A stretch of 64,000 bases of DNA, from assembly GCF_006345805.1 (NCBI RefSeq), contig NC_042999.1, positions 111,414,001-111,478,000 on the forward strand. Reading direction: 5' to 3'. Each line of letters opens with the position of its first letter. Position 1 is the stretch's first letter. Made by a program: the position numbers and the translations under genes. This document shows, one piece after another, positions 28,138 to 40,514 of the stretch. This stretch comes from Octopus sinensis (Eukaryota). The notes beneath the pieces were generated by a model, which saw only the letters and a list, made by a program, of their open reading frames with translations, did no database searches and was not told the DNA's origin.

Positions 28138-29427
28138 CGAGGGGCGTTCAATAAGTAATGTCCCTGACCCACTTCCCATAGCAGTAGAGCAACGAAACTT
28201 GGCAGAGTTATTAGTCTTTTTTTACATAGGAACCATCCAGAGTTACGCATTTCTCCCATTGTTTGATGCAGCTCTGGAGACCGTTTTTGTAGAAGACCCC
28301 AGCTTGGTCCTCCAACCTGAACGTGACTTCAGAAATCAAGGCTGCATCATCTGGGAAACGCTTTCCTTTCAAAAACAACTTCATGACTGGGAAGAGGTGA
28401 AAATCAGAGGGTGCAAGGTCAGGAAAGTAGGGGGATGGGGGAGGAGTTCATAGCCATACGCCTGTGCTTCTGATCTGGCGACAGGCGAGTTGTGGACCGG
28501 AGCGTTGTCCTGCAGGAGGAGGATGTCTTTGCTGATCTTGCCCCGCCTCTTAATTTTGATAACTTCTCTTAATTTCCTCAAAAGTGAAGCATAATAGGCT
28601 CCTGCAATTGTGGTACCCTTTGCCAGGAAATCTGTCATCACTACTCCGTCCTGGTCCCAGAAGACTGTGAGCATGACCTTGCCAGCGGAGGGCTGCACCC
28701 TTGCCTTCTTTGGAGGGGGTGAGTCACGGTGCTTCCACTGCATTGACTGGGCTTTGGTCTCTGGATCATTGTGATGGAGCCAGGTTTCATCCTGTGTAAT
28801 CAGTCTTTTGAAAAATTTTGACTCATCTTCTTGGCACATCTCCAAATTCACCCTCGAGCACTCGACGCGTTCTTGCTTCTGGAAAGGTGTGAGCAACCTG
28901 GGAATCCATCTGGCAGACACCTTTTGCATATGCAAATGGTCATGAATGATAGTTTCCACAGACCCGGTACTAATCTTGGCCTCATGGGCTATTTGGCGAA
29001 TAATTATGCGTCGATCTTCCAAAATGGCAGCCTCAACTTGATGGACTGATGCCTCATCAATGGCAGAAGGGGCGACCAGATCTGGGAGCTGTTTCCACAG
29101 AGTTCCGACCATGTTTGAATTCACGATGCCAGCGTTTTAAAAGGTCATATGATGGGGCATCATCACCATAAGTTACTTTCATTTCATCAAAAGTCTCCCG
29201 TGGTGTGCGTCCTTTCAAATACAAAAATCGGATCACTGCTCGACACTCAACAGGCTCCATTTCACACTTGACTCGGTTCAAACACCTGTAAATCAGAAAC
29301 CACAATTAATTCAGAGCTGTAATTTGCCACTTACTCTATAGAGATATAAATGATTGCACATGCAAAATATCAGCTAGATCTAACAATTGCAAGTGGGTCA
29401 GAGGCATTACTTATTGAACGTCCTTCG
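28138..29427 (-). mobile_element. Full-length mariner (1290 bp), 37-bp TIRs with 4 mismatches, TA target duplication
   Basis: Left CGAGGGGCGTTCAATAAGTAATGTCCCTGACCCACTT; right (reverse complement) CGAAGGACGTTCAATAAGTAATGCCTCTGACCCACTT; TA at 28136-28137 and 29428-29429. Confidence 0.97.
28211..29260 (-). pseudogene. Mariner DD34D transposase (Himar1/irritans-like) with two 1-bp frameshifts
   Basis: MEPVECRAVIRFL..., ARWIPRLLT, QDETW, QDNAPVH, HPPYFPDLAPSDF. +1 in the G-run at 29069-29072 and -1 in the G-run at about 28430-28434; no in-frame stops once these are corrected. Confidence 0.93.
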
Positions 29428-30100
29428 TACGTGCATGTGTCTATGAGTGTATGCGCGTAGTGCATGTGCATTTGTGTTCGCATGTGTGTGCGTAAGTGTT
29501 TCTAAGTGTATTTGCATATGTAGGTTTTCATGCGTATGCGTATGTGTATGTGTTTGTGTATGATGTGTTTGTGTGTACAGACACATGATCCGTAGCCAGG
29601 CTCTCATTCATCGAGGTCTGCATACAGAGTTTCAAGATTAAGCATAATCAACGGTACACATAAATGGAGGGAAATGAGCGTTATCGGTCCTTTAGTGAGT
29701 TATATAGAATATTCCTTTCAGTATTACGTATGGCTGTTATGGTTGCTCCATACATCACTACTGTACAGAGACACGAACTTACAAGCAAGATTTCAGCAAC
29801 TGCAAGTTTGCTGTTTAAGTAGGAGCTATCTAGGCTATGGTACGAAATCTGGGGGGTAATGTTATTCAGTGAATTGTAACTGACTTTATCATTATATGAG
29901 TGTTGAAAGATTTGTGATATTTATGCATAGTTACGAAATATGAGATATGAACAAAAGATATAACGTTCCTGGTTATATTGTTGACTACATTTATGCTACA
30001 TCGAATATATACTCTCTTGTCCTCATTCTCATAAATGCGGATGTATATGTGTGTGTGTGTGTGTGTGTTGTATACATACATACATACATACATACATACA

Positions 30101-30136
<36 letters not shown>

Positions 30137-31092
30137 GCATGTATGTATGTATGTATGTATGTATGTATGTATGTATGTATGTATGTGTATGTATGTATAA
30201 GTATGTATGTATGTGTTTGTATGTGAGTGTATGGCTGTGTGTCTGTGAATCTGTGTATGTATACCCATGTATGCACACATGTTATTTACGGTAAGATGAA
30301 ATATCACAGACTTCTGTTTACACTTATGTTTCACACTTATTTGACTACCTACCTTCTTATTCAAGCAATCTCAACCAAGATGAGTTTCACGATGAATGTT
30401 GTGCCAGGAAACTAACTCTGTCATCCATTAGCTTTGGCAGATAACCGATGTTTTTTAGCTATGAGATTTTGATAAAGTAACTTAGTTTCTAGAATGATAT
30501 TGTAGGATTGGTGTAAGAAGCCTGATCTGGCCTGACCTACAGTAAAACAAGTAGAACGTTTTGGCCAGCTTAAACAGAACATAACGTTCAGTTACTGTTG
30601 TTTTATCGTTTTCCTGGCTATCGTTTTCATGAAATACTGCTCTTTCAACGCCTAAAGAATGCAGGACATCTGAGCTGACCAGGTTGAGCTACAGGTTGAC
30701 TGACTAGCCTCGTTGTGTTGAACATATTCTGGTTTCTTTTGAAAAGACAAAAAGTTTTAGGTTACGAATGAGAAAAGTTGAGTTGTAATACACAAAGATT
30801 TTCTCGCAAGAGCAGCAGACCACAAGTTCTGCTGAATGAAAGTTTAGCCCTATATATTGATACCATGAGCAATGTATTAAATTAAACTGCAGGCAAATTA
30901 ATTACACTTTGTATGCTAGGATTTTCAAACTTATGTGTGACTAATCCAGAATATTGTCAAGGTGAAGCAAACAAGGATACAAAAATTGTAGCTTCACTGT
31001 AAACAGCAAAAAATTTCAAAGGGGAAACATACAGTGTTAGGGGTAAAGAAAAATAAAAGACTGAGTTAAAAACAAAATGACACAAGAATGCA

Positions 31093-31178
<86 letters not shown>

Positions 31179-31184
31179 TAATAG

Positions 31185-33326
31185 TATAGTAATATACGCT
31201 TATTACTATGCATTAGGTAAGCCATCTCAAGAGAGACACACCGCAAACTCTTACAGTACATGGAGAACACGGAATCAAGACAGTAGGCCCTATTTGGACG
31301 AGAACAAATTAGCAAATGTGAGGAGCGATATCCTTAGAAATAACAGACTGACAGACAGTGAAATAAGCGCGATCAAGCACGCAACGGAAAATGACAAATA
31401 TAAGACACAAAGGAAATGAAGAATCAGATGAACAGTATAGCCCGCAACGAGGCTTAATTGAAAGACTGCCATCTGACCAAAGTACGCAAAGGCCTGAAGA
31501 TAAAATAAATTCTATTGTACCTGTTAAAGATAGCCAGGAAAACGATAAAACAACAGTAACTGAAGATCTCGCATTTGCTGAAGAACACAGAGAGTCTATG
31601 GCAGAAATGAGGCAGAAAATCCTGAATACGTTTGAAGTTGTAAGACATACAAGTATGAATGATAGAGAACCACTTCATAAACTCTCAAATACAAACCAAA
31701 ATAAAAAACAAATCCAAATTGGCAATTATGTAACAAATGAAATAATACAAGAATTAAAACTGATTTTACTGAGTTAAATGAAATTATTTACGCTTCTGCT
31801 AGGACAATTGAAATAGGGAAGAAAGATGAAGAGAAAATTTGGATCCTCACAAAGAGAAGAACTGATATCAATAAAAGAAACGCTGAAACAAAAAGTCTAA
31901 GCAAAAGCCCAAAGAATACGAAGATTTGAGAAGAGAAACAAGTTTTACAAGCAAAATAAGCTGTTCACATCCAATGCCAAAAAATTCTACAGAGGAATAG
32001 GGAAGGAGAAAGTAACCGTTAAAGACCCCCCCCCCCCTCCCATGGAAGAAGTTCAAAACTTTTGGAAAAGGATTTGGAGTGACAAGAAGACGTACAACAT
32101 AAATGCAGACTGGATTATACAAACTGAAGAATCCTACCAAAATTTACAACAACAAGCATGGGAAGACATCACAATAGCAGACCTATTCAGCATGCAAGCA
32201 TGAAAGAGAAGATCAGGTAGGAATGTTATAGGAGAGTTCGTGCAGTCCTGAAATCTGAACTAAATGCACGTAACAAGGTGTTAGCTATAAATTCCTTAGC
32301 AGTTCCAGTTGTTACTTATAGCTACAATGTGTTGAACTGGAATATGAGTGAAGTAAAGAATATAGATAGGAAAATACGCAAGCTGCTGAGTTGTAATAGG
32401 ATGCACCACCCAAAGGCAGACGTAGATCGCCTTTACCTTCCCAGAGCCCAAGGAGCTGATGTTGACCAGAAGCAAACCCATCAGTGGCTATGGAGCTCAG
32501 GGCTAAAAGCAGAGAGCGAAGGTTTCATCCTGGCTGCTCAAGATCAAAGCCTATTAACCCGGAACTACCAGGCCAATGTGATGAAAAATGGAGCAGACCC
32601 AAAATGCCGATTCTGCAACGACTTGATTGAAACAGTGGACCACCTAATCTCTGGATGTAAAGTCTTAGCACCAGTGGAGTATAAATTAAGACATGACAGA
32701 GTTGGCCAATATCTACACTGGCTAATAAGTCGGCATTACAATATCAAAACTGCCGACAAGTGGTATAATCACCACCCTGAGGCTGTAACTGAAGGAGAAA
32801 ATGTAACCATTCTGTGGGACTTTCCAGTACATACAGACTGAACCATCAAGGCCAATAAACCAGATATTGTTGTGAAAGACCAAAACAATAAAGTTTGCTT
32901 ATTGATCGACATGAGCATCCCCTGTGATCATAATATCTCAGCGAAAGAGTTTGACAAGCTCAGAAAATATAAAGACCTACTCATTGAAATTGAGAAAATG
33001 TGGCATCTCAAGGCGGTTACAATACCAGTGATCGTAGGAACACTAGGAATGATCAAGAAGGGAACCGAAAATTATATGAGAATGATCCCTGGCTTACCAT
33101 CGCTGCAAGAAGTGCAAAAGATTGTCTTAACTGGTACATCACACGTATTGAGAAAAGCATTGTCGATGTGAGAACTGTTGCTGCTCATGTATTTTAATTT
33201 AACTTAAAAAAAAAATGAACGAACTATTGAGTTTGGTTTAATGGCCTACCTATGAGTTTCTTTGCCCTAGGAGTCAGGAAAACACTCGGCAAGAAATGGA
33301 AGCAAATTTGAAAGAAGAAAAAAAAA

Positions 33327-33327
<1 letters not shown>
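31185..33327 (+). mobile_element. R4/Dong-clade RLE LINE lacking the RT core, embedded between (TAA)n tracts
   Basis: N-terminal WRTRNQDSRPYLDENKLANVRSDILRNNRL; QNKLFTSNAKKFYR; post-RT RRVRAVLKSELNARNKVLAINS; CCHC CRFC..ETVDHLISGC; RLE KPDIVV..IDMSIP..K..KY; stop at 33171; A-rich tail. (TAA)n at 31095-31180 and 33328-33389. Confidence 0.93.
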
Positions 33328-33389
<62 letters not shown>

Positions 33390-33391
33390 TA

Positions 33392-33846
33392 AATGCCCTG
33401 ATGCAGTACCAGGCAGTGGCTCTCATGGCTTCTGATCTTAACTGATTAGAAGTGTTATCATGTACATTGTTTTCTCTTGGTATAAAAGATGGGCTACAGC
33501 AAATATTCTGCTCAATACCACAGATTTGCTTGTCAGTTGTTTGACCTTAACCAGTTGAGCATGTCCCTTAGTGGCTGACGATATGTGCATCTCTGATCAC
33601 GAGCAGAAGTAGTGGGGGAGCATCATAGCCATGTGTTCAGAGGGATTCTTTGGGATTTGAATAATTCACCTCTGGAAACTTGGGTGTTTCATTCAAGTTT
33701 CTTAAACAACCCTTATTCAGGGACCTTTTGAGCAGGATGGGTTACTCGACCTGAAGAAAATTCTAAGTGGGCCCCACTTGCAAGGTCATGTTCTGTTTAT
33801 CTTGATATGAGATCACCATGTCGCGCACATATGGTTGTGATGCATG
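33392..33846 (-). mobile_element. Well-preserved dispersed retroelement 3' segment ending in (ATT)n; family unassigned
   Basis: The minus strand ends ...ggtactgcatcagggcattt followed by (ATT)n. A degraded homolog lies in opposite orientation at 55985-56110. Confidence 0.6.
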
Positions 33847-34019
33847 TTGGAAAACAGCAAAACAGGATGTTAATGATGATGGTACTTAGTATATTTTGGT
33901 AAGTAACCATACAACAGAAGCTAGAAACATTCGAAAATATCACAGATTTCTTTTATTTGTCTTTGAAAAACCTTCATCAATGTTTTGAGGAAAATCTCAG
34001 AAAGTAAGAACAATATTTC

Positions 34020-34309
34020 ATTTTTGATTTTCGAAAAAGGTATGGCCGTGAAATCATGGTGTTGATGTTTTCTTTTTTGTGGCAGTAGATTTTCGGTTGG
34101 GACACTCATTGAAGTGTTGTTCTTGAACTCAGCTCCACATTTCATAATTACAGCCTTCATTTGAGCATTCTACAGTTATCTTTATTATTATAAAGACAAT
34201 CCACACAAAATTTGTGCTGACATTTCCCATAGACCTTCCTAAATCTTGGACACAAACATACCATGCAACAGCATCGTCCGTTACACTTCTTGTCTGATAG
34301 AGGTTCCAT
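34020..34309 (-). pseudogene. Broken RING-HC + TRAF-type zinc finger coding fragment
   Basis: ATG at 34309: MEPLSDKKCNGRCCCMVCLCPRFRKVYGKCQHKFCVDCLYNNKDNCRMLK* (CxxC..CxH..CxxC). A shifted frame at 34179-34093 reads ITVECSNEGCNYEMWS*VQEQHFNECPNR (C-x4-C-x11-H-x3-C). Confidence 0.75.
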
Positions 34310-34803
34310 TGTATCAAAGACTATTTCGAAATAAACACCTCAGAGCAACGCAGTGGTGCGTGCACATAATAATTATAAAACAATATTCCTATGCAAATTA
34401 TGAAGAGTTGTTTCAATTGACAAAACACTCGACATTATTTAGTTTCATCTCCAGTCATGTTTAATCAAATAAGGTTGATCTTGCCAGTCACATTCGCCAT
34501 AAAATTAACAGTTTAGTAAAGAATCCTTCAAAACAATAAAGCATCAGAAAGACTCAAGGGTGTTCTAATAGAGGTTCAATCATCAATAGAAAACAAAAGT
34601 TAGTAATGGGAGATTAAAGTATCTGTATATATCGAAATGTATATTACCATTCTTAATCTAAAGATAACGGTGAGTTAAGTAGTACATCATTACATATAAT
34701 ATGAAGTTAGAAACAAAAAAATGTACAGCAGAAGCTAAAAGAGGCGTTGCCATCTGAATAAATACATTATCACGAAAGTAGTCGTGATGTTTGAAGAAAT
34801 GGC

Positions 34804-35236
34804 AATCCCGCCGGCGACGGGCAGACGGCGAACGCCGAGCTAAGGCATGCACCTTGAGGTTGAGACGCTTTTGGAAAACAACTTGGGTCCGGCTACGGTT
34901 CCGGCTTAGAGGCGTTCAGCCGTTATCGCTCAGAGGAACCGCGGAAACAGAGCAACGGTTTGCGCGCTCGCTCGATACTACGCTGGACGGGATAGCCGTA
35001 GCCGAGTTAACGTTGCCGGCGCCCGCCTAAGGTCGGCGGAAGCGTCGACGGCAGCGACGGACGACGCGCGAGCGCGCCGTCGCCGCCACGCACCACTCGG
35101 TTGGTGCATAGCTCACCGCTGTTCGGAAAGGATCGCTGGGCCACGCATTCGCGGTCCGTTTTCGTACTGAAAATCGAGATCGAGCGAGCTTTTACCCTTT
35201 TGCTCGACGTGTGCTTTCCATCCACGCTGAGCTCGC
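34804..35236 (-). rRNA. 28S: Rearranged 28S rRNA fragment (3' region; rDNA pseudogene piece)
   Basis: A GC/CpG-rich island. The minus strand has GCGAGCTCAG..GAGCAAAAGGGTAAAAGCTCGCTCGATCTCGATTTTCAGTACGAA..CGATCCTT and GATAACGGCTGAACGCCTCTAAG, matching conserved eukaryotic LSU segments as I recall them. Confidence 0.85.
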
Positions 35237-36681
35237 ATTAATATCTTAACAATATCAATGTTGCTGAGCGGTTGCTGATTCCAAAATATAACACCTTATA
35301 TGGGCTGTTGTTCAGCATGATAACAATGGACAGCAAATTCAACCCTAACAAAGAGTAGAGATAGGTAGAATATGTCCATAAACATAAGCTTCTTGTCTTG
35401 TGGTCGTATCATGAGATGCCTTTGAGATCTCATGAGACGTCTGGTGTATATTGCCTACGAGATTTAGTAAATTTCAATTACTATGCCTGAAGTATCTATG
35501 CCGCTGTTGAACTGCATTTGAATACAGGTATGACGGAATGATTACGCCGTTCCATGTTTTACTAAAGTTTCAGTTTAATCAGTTTCAGATTGAATAAATT
35601 TGGTAAGGCAGATATTTGCGTAGAATCTTTCCTCCTGCATTATACCCTTTTTCTAATAGACCTAACGTGTCCCCAAATACATTTTCATTTGTCTCTTTAG
35701 CGTCTATTGCAGAGATCGTATTGTTGGACCTATTCAGTCTCCAGTCGGGTTATACATAAACCTTTAACTTGTGGCTGTAACCAAATGCCACACCCTATCA
35801 GAGTCGCTCGCCACTTTTCACGACCAATCACAAAGGTCCTGCAAAAGTTATAAGCACTGCATTATTTGCTTTTTCTTACTAAGCCATAAAATAAGGAGAC
35901 AAAGAAAAACTGAAATTAACACGTAAGCAATTCTAGACAGCACATTAAGATGTAAATGATTTATTTCACTGAACCTTACCCTGGAAATACTGTAATATGA
36001 CTGTACAGATAATGTATAAGTAAGCTTACCATTTTATTAGGGCTGAGTTGATATGCTCTGAAGGCACCACTGGGCACGACATTTCATTCTCTTGCCCTAG
36101 TTCGTCTAACTATAGACTTTGTGTACTAGATACTGTAGAAATGTTACCTGTGTTATTCGGATCTCATATTTCATTCACATAAAACCACAAAATACTATGA
36201 AGCTAAGAATGAGATTTATGAGCCATTCAGACGTTTATGGTTTTTCCCAATTACCGTGAAATCACCCCAAACGGGAATCTGAGTGTGCTTATGGGAATAT
36301 AGTAATAAATATATAAATAAGTAATAAATGAATATACTGTTTGTGGAGGGGGGATTTGGTAATTTACACACCAGTAAATTTCTTGAATACAATATTTCTT
36401 CATATACCAAGAGCATTATTTCAAATTCATTCCTTCAGCTCAATACACATACGTAAATACATGGACGCGTACATGAAAGTATGTGCCAGAAAAAGGATGA
36501 GGCGGGTAGAAGACAAAAAGGAAATGCGTTCCCAATAGCGTAATAGCATACTTACTTAAAAATTTTAACACCTAATAAGATAGAGAAAGATAAAATAACC
36601 ACAAAACATTAATAACATGGATGAGGAAGCACATACAAAACAAAACAGCCAAGCACACACACACACACTCACATACACACA

Positions 36682-36749
<68 letters not shown>

Positions 36750-38054
36750 TGATCAATGCAGATAACTAAACACTGATTGATATTTTCTGGCACAGAGCAT
36801 TACTAATCAAATTTCTTTTGAAGAAAAGCAAAAATAATCAATGCAGAACTGTGTAACTAAGTTAACTCTGTTTTCATCAAAGATTTCATTCAATCAAAGC
36901 GAACAAATTTTGCTTAAATTTCAGACCAGACTCCTAGCAAGATCACACTAACCCATGCCAGCTATCACCACCACACACTGATATCAGGCATTACTAATCC
37001 AACTGATTAGTTGAAATTTCTTCAGTTCTATCACGAAATCTAATCAGCTTCTTATGTGATTACTATAATTTTGCTGTTTTTTCCAGTTTTTCTTCTATTT
37101 TTGTTTTGTTTGTTTCGTATTTTAATATTCTTTTTTTAAAAATTTGTGTTATTGTTATTTCCAGAGCAGGTTACGACTTGTGTGTAAGACACGTCTTTAG
37201 TATCATTATAGCTAAAGAGTGATGATTTTCCTATACAATCAATATGCTACCAAGGCACATAGAAGATAAGTGATAACAGGATGACTTGATGCTTTATACA
37301 AACTAAAATAAATTATACAAATGATAGGCTGCGATGGAGAGAAAGAGGAAGAAGAAAAGAAAGAGAAGAAAGCCTATTTGAGTTGGCGACGTTTATGGCA
37401 TCTGCTTATTAATCACGTCACAAGAGCTTGGACAATGACATCTACCTCAATCCATTCATCATGTCAAAACCAATTTGCTTCAAAGCTAACTCAACATCAA
37501 ACTATAGAAGCAATAACAGGTAGGTATCCAACATTCGCTCTGATTGCCGTGTTAACTGTATCCAGAAATAGTAATCTAGTCTATATGTAATGTAGTGTTG
37601 AATAACGACAGTCTTCGTCATTGACACATGCCAATCAGAGAAGAGAAGCAGACCATCCATGATATCAGTGCGAGCAGCTTCAAAATTTGATCCAATGCAT
37701 ACTTTGTATAAAGCTTCGTGTTTATTATAATGAATTACTCATTCGAAATTATCATTACTTAAAATTTAATTCCAAGAATTAATTTCAATAATAGATTGAC
37801 CGAAACAATTTAGTGTATGCTACAATGCTTCCTGGAGTGATTAGGGAACAAGGAATGACGTTTATAATGGAACCAAGTTGCTAATTCTTTAATTCTTTTG
37901 AATATCTCCACATACCATCAGAATGTGAAATATAGATGTTTATAGATACACACATAAATATTAATATTTATATATATATATGTATATTCCATAAAAACTC
38001 CTAATTATTTAATACCTTGGTAACGAACTGAATGCATCTTTACCGTAAATATCA

Positions 38055-38148
38055 CTTTTCCCTGATGAAGGAAACATTCTCCGAAAATGAATTTTAAGAT
38101 TCATATTTTAGTTGGATGAACGAACCCCAGAAACGGCCGTAGGAATAT
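38055..38148 (+). ncRNA. Degenerate hammerhead-like motif(s), probable PLE pLTR remnant
   Basis: ttcc-CTGATGA-a-GGA..TCC-GAAA, then a downstream GAA-ACGGCCGT-A-ggaa with palindromic stem III. Neither forms a fully canonical ribozyme. Confidence 0.35.
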
Positions 38149-38556
38149 TTTCTTTTAATATGTAACTCAAAACTTCTTTGAAGCCTATTATTTTCTCTTC
38201 ATTGTATTTTCAATACTATTTTTAAAAATGTTTTTATCTATAATCCTATACTTCATTATATCATTACTGTGCATATATATATTTTAATATTCATATATTT
38301 TTAATATATCAATATATGTTTTATTTTGGACAACTTTTATGTTAATTAAATCCGTACAGATATGTGTTCATTGTAGTTTGCCTGAATTGAACTTTTTCCA
38401 TTTCATTTATTATACTTGCTAACGACTCAGGTTCGACTCGAGCACTTCTATGAGGTCTATATGTTTCTTAAGAACAATATAACTATATATATATATATAT
38501 ATAATATATATATATATATACAAAAATACATATATACATTCATAAACAGGACAATT

Positions 38557-38596
<40 letters not shown>

Positions 38597-39332
38597 ATTA
38601 AGACAGAAAAGTAGGTAAAAAAGATGTAAATATAATGTGAAATCACCAGTTACGCTTTTAGCTCAGATCAGCTGTTAATGTTAATTTAAGTTGAGCTAAC
38701 ACTTTCGCAAATTGTTTAGAGGACATACCCACGGCGAACACAGTAATTTCTATTGAGAAATGTAAACGAAACATTAACTTCTCCCAACAAGACGTATTAG
38801 ATTAAGACAAATTCTTATGCCATTGACAGTTGTCGTTGTTGTTTAGTTCCTAGTACCTAATGATCATATGTAGCTCTGATGACAGGTATTTCAGCGACAA
38901 GTATTTCCTATTTTTAGTCTATAACTAAGAGTTAGTACTATTTATTATATAGGTTGTGAATCTGTAAGCAGCGTTAAAGCGTCGCACAAAATACCTGGTG
39001 ATATTCTTTGTATGTGTTCCCCAAAAGTACTCGCCTTGTACCTAAATTTAGAAACAGTGACTTAATATTTGAAATCAGTAAACACTTGAATTTATAGATC
39101 TCCCAATATAGAAATTTAATTCATTTGTCATAACAATGACATGTCTCACTAATACCGAAGTAAGCGTCAAGGTGGATCCCAGCGAGCTTAGTCAAAATAT
39201 ATTCAAATTTTTTTGTTTGATGTTTTTTCTTTTCTTTTCTAGGTTCATATTTTATGAACAGCGATAAACTGGGTCTTAATACACCTGGGGTTTTATTCGG
39301 TAATATTCAACCCAGTATTTGCCTGGTATTTA

Positions 39333-39382
<50 letters not shown>

Positions 39383-39559
39383 TTCTCTTTCCTTATCTTC
39401 CGCGGAGTTTCGCCCAACAATGGAGACACCAATGTACTTTAAAAAAAAATAATGCTTGAATAAGTGCCGAGTGGGTTATAGCTTGAACACCTTTCTTCAT
39501 ATCATTGCATACCAACGAGCTATTCATAGTACCCAAAAGTTTACACTCAAGACTTTAGC

Positions 39560-39930
39560 AAACCCACATCAGACACAGTTCTATTAGTACGCACACAGGA
39601 ATCCCGAACAGCATCCGGAGAAGACCAAGACCCAAGGACAGTCAATCACCAATAGACACGCTTCAGCTTCCCGTTGTCTTTCCTGTCTCTACTATAATGG
39701 TCTTTGCTCCTAGAAGGCTGTTATTGTACTTACGCAGCATGTACTTCGGATCCACACGTCTCTCGACCTCTTGTCACCATTGTTACATACACTATGCCTT
39801 GTCTCCGGAACATTTACCCTCTGAAACCTTTCCCTGTTCATGCCTTTCTAGCGGATGTTGACATGCATCAGTTTAAGCGGAACATTAACAGCGTCAATCT
39901 CACCGGTTTCGTCAGGGCATGTGTACTGTC
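39560..39930 (+). mobile_element. CR1-like LINE ORF2 3' end
   Basis: CLYYNGLCS and FKRNINSVNL motifs with frameshifts. Confidence 0.5.
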
Positions 39931-40464
39931 CCTTCCTCCAGACTCAGCACATACGAAAATGAAAGCAAGGTTAAATTAGAAGTAGTTTGCCCAAAGTTTT
40001 GTGCAGTAGAATCGAACTCAGTATCTCTTAAACAGACAATTATTTCTTGCTCTGGTAAGATTAATATGATTAGTGTTGTTTTCTTGACACAGTTTTAAAA
40101 TAAATCGCTCTCTGTCGGCGAATTTAGAAATCTGACAATGGTAAGCATTTGCTGCTTAAAGAGAATGACTACCGCACAATGGTGAAGAGTTTAGAAAGAG
40201 AAGTGTAAAAGCTATTACTCTTAAGTGTTTGACTGTTTCCCGATGTCTATGTATTTAAATAGACGTGTATGCATGCAGCACACACGTATATGTATACACA
40301 CACATACCCACAACCTCTCATATATATATATGTATGTTTGTTTATTTGTATGTATACATCTGTGAATGCATAAACATACATCTATATGTTTATATACACG
40401 CATATGTATGTGTGAATAAAAAATATATACATACATATATACATATATATATATATACATATAT

Positions 40465-40514
<50 letters not shown>

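Noticed and set aside
31185-35236. Link between the R4-clade LINE and the nearby 28S fragment (some R4 elements target 28S)
   Set aside because: The LINE is flanked by TAA tracts, not rDNA, and lies 1.5 kb away.
36038-36099. TAGGGC...GCCCTA mini inverted ends
   Set aside because: Only 6 bp and no 8-bp target duplication.
39242-39330. Strong polypyrimidine acceptor followed by a short open frame
   Set aside because: No recognisable protein and no clear donor.
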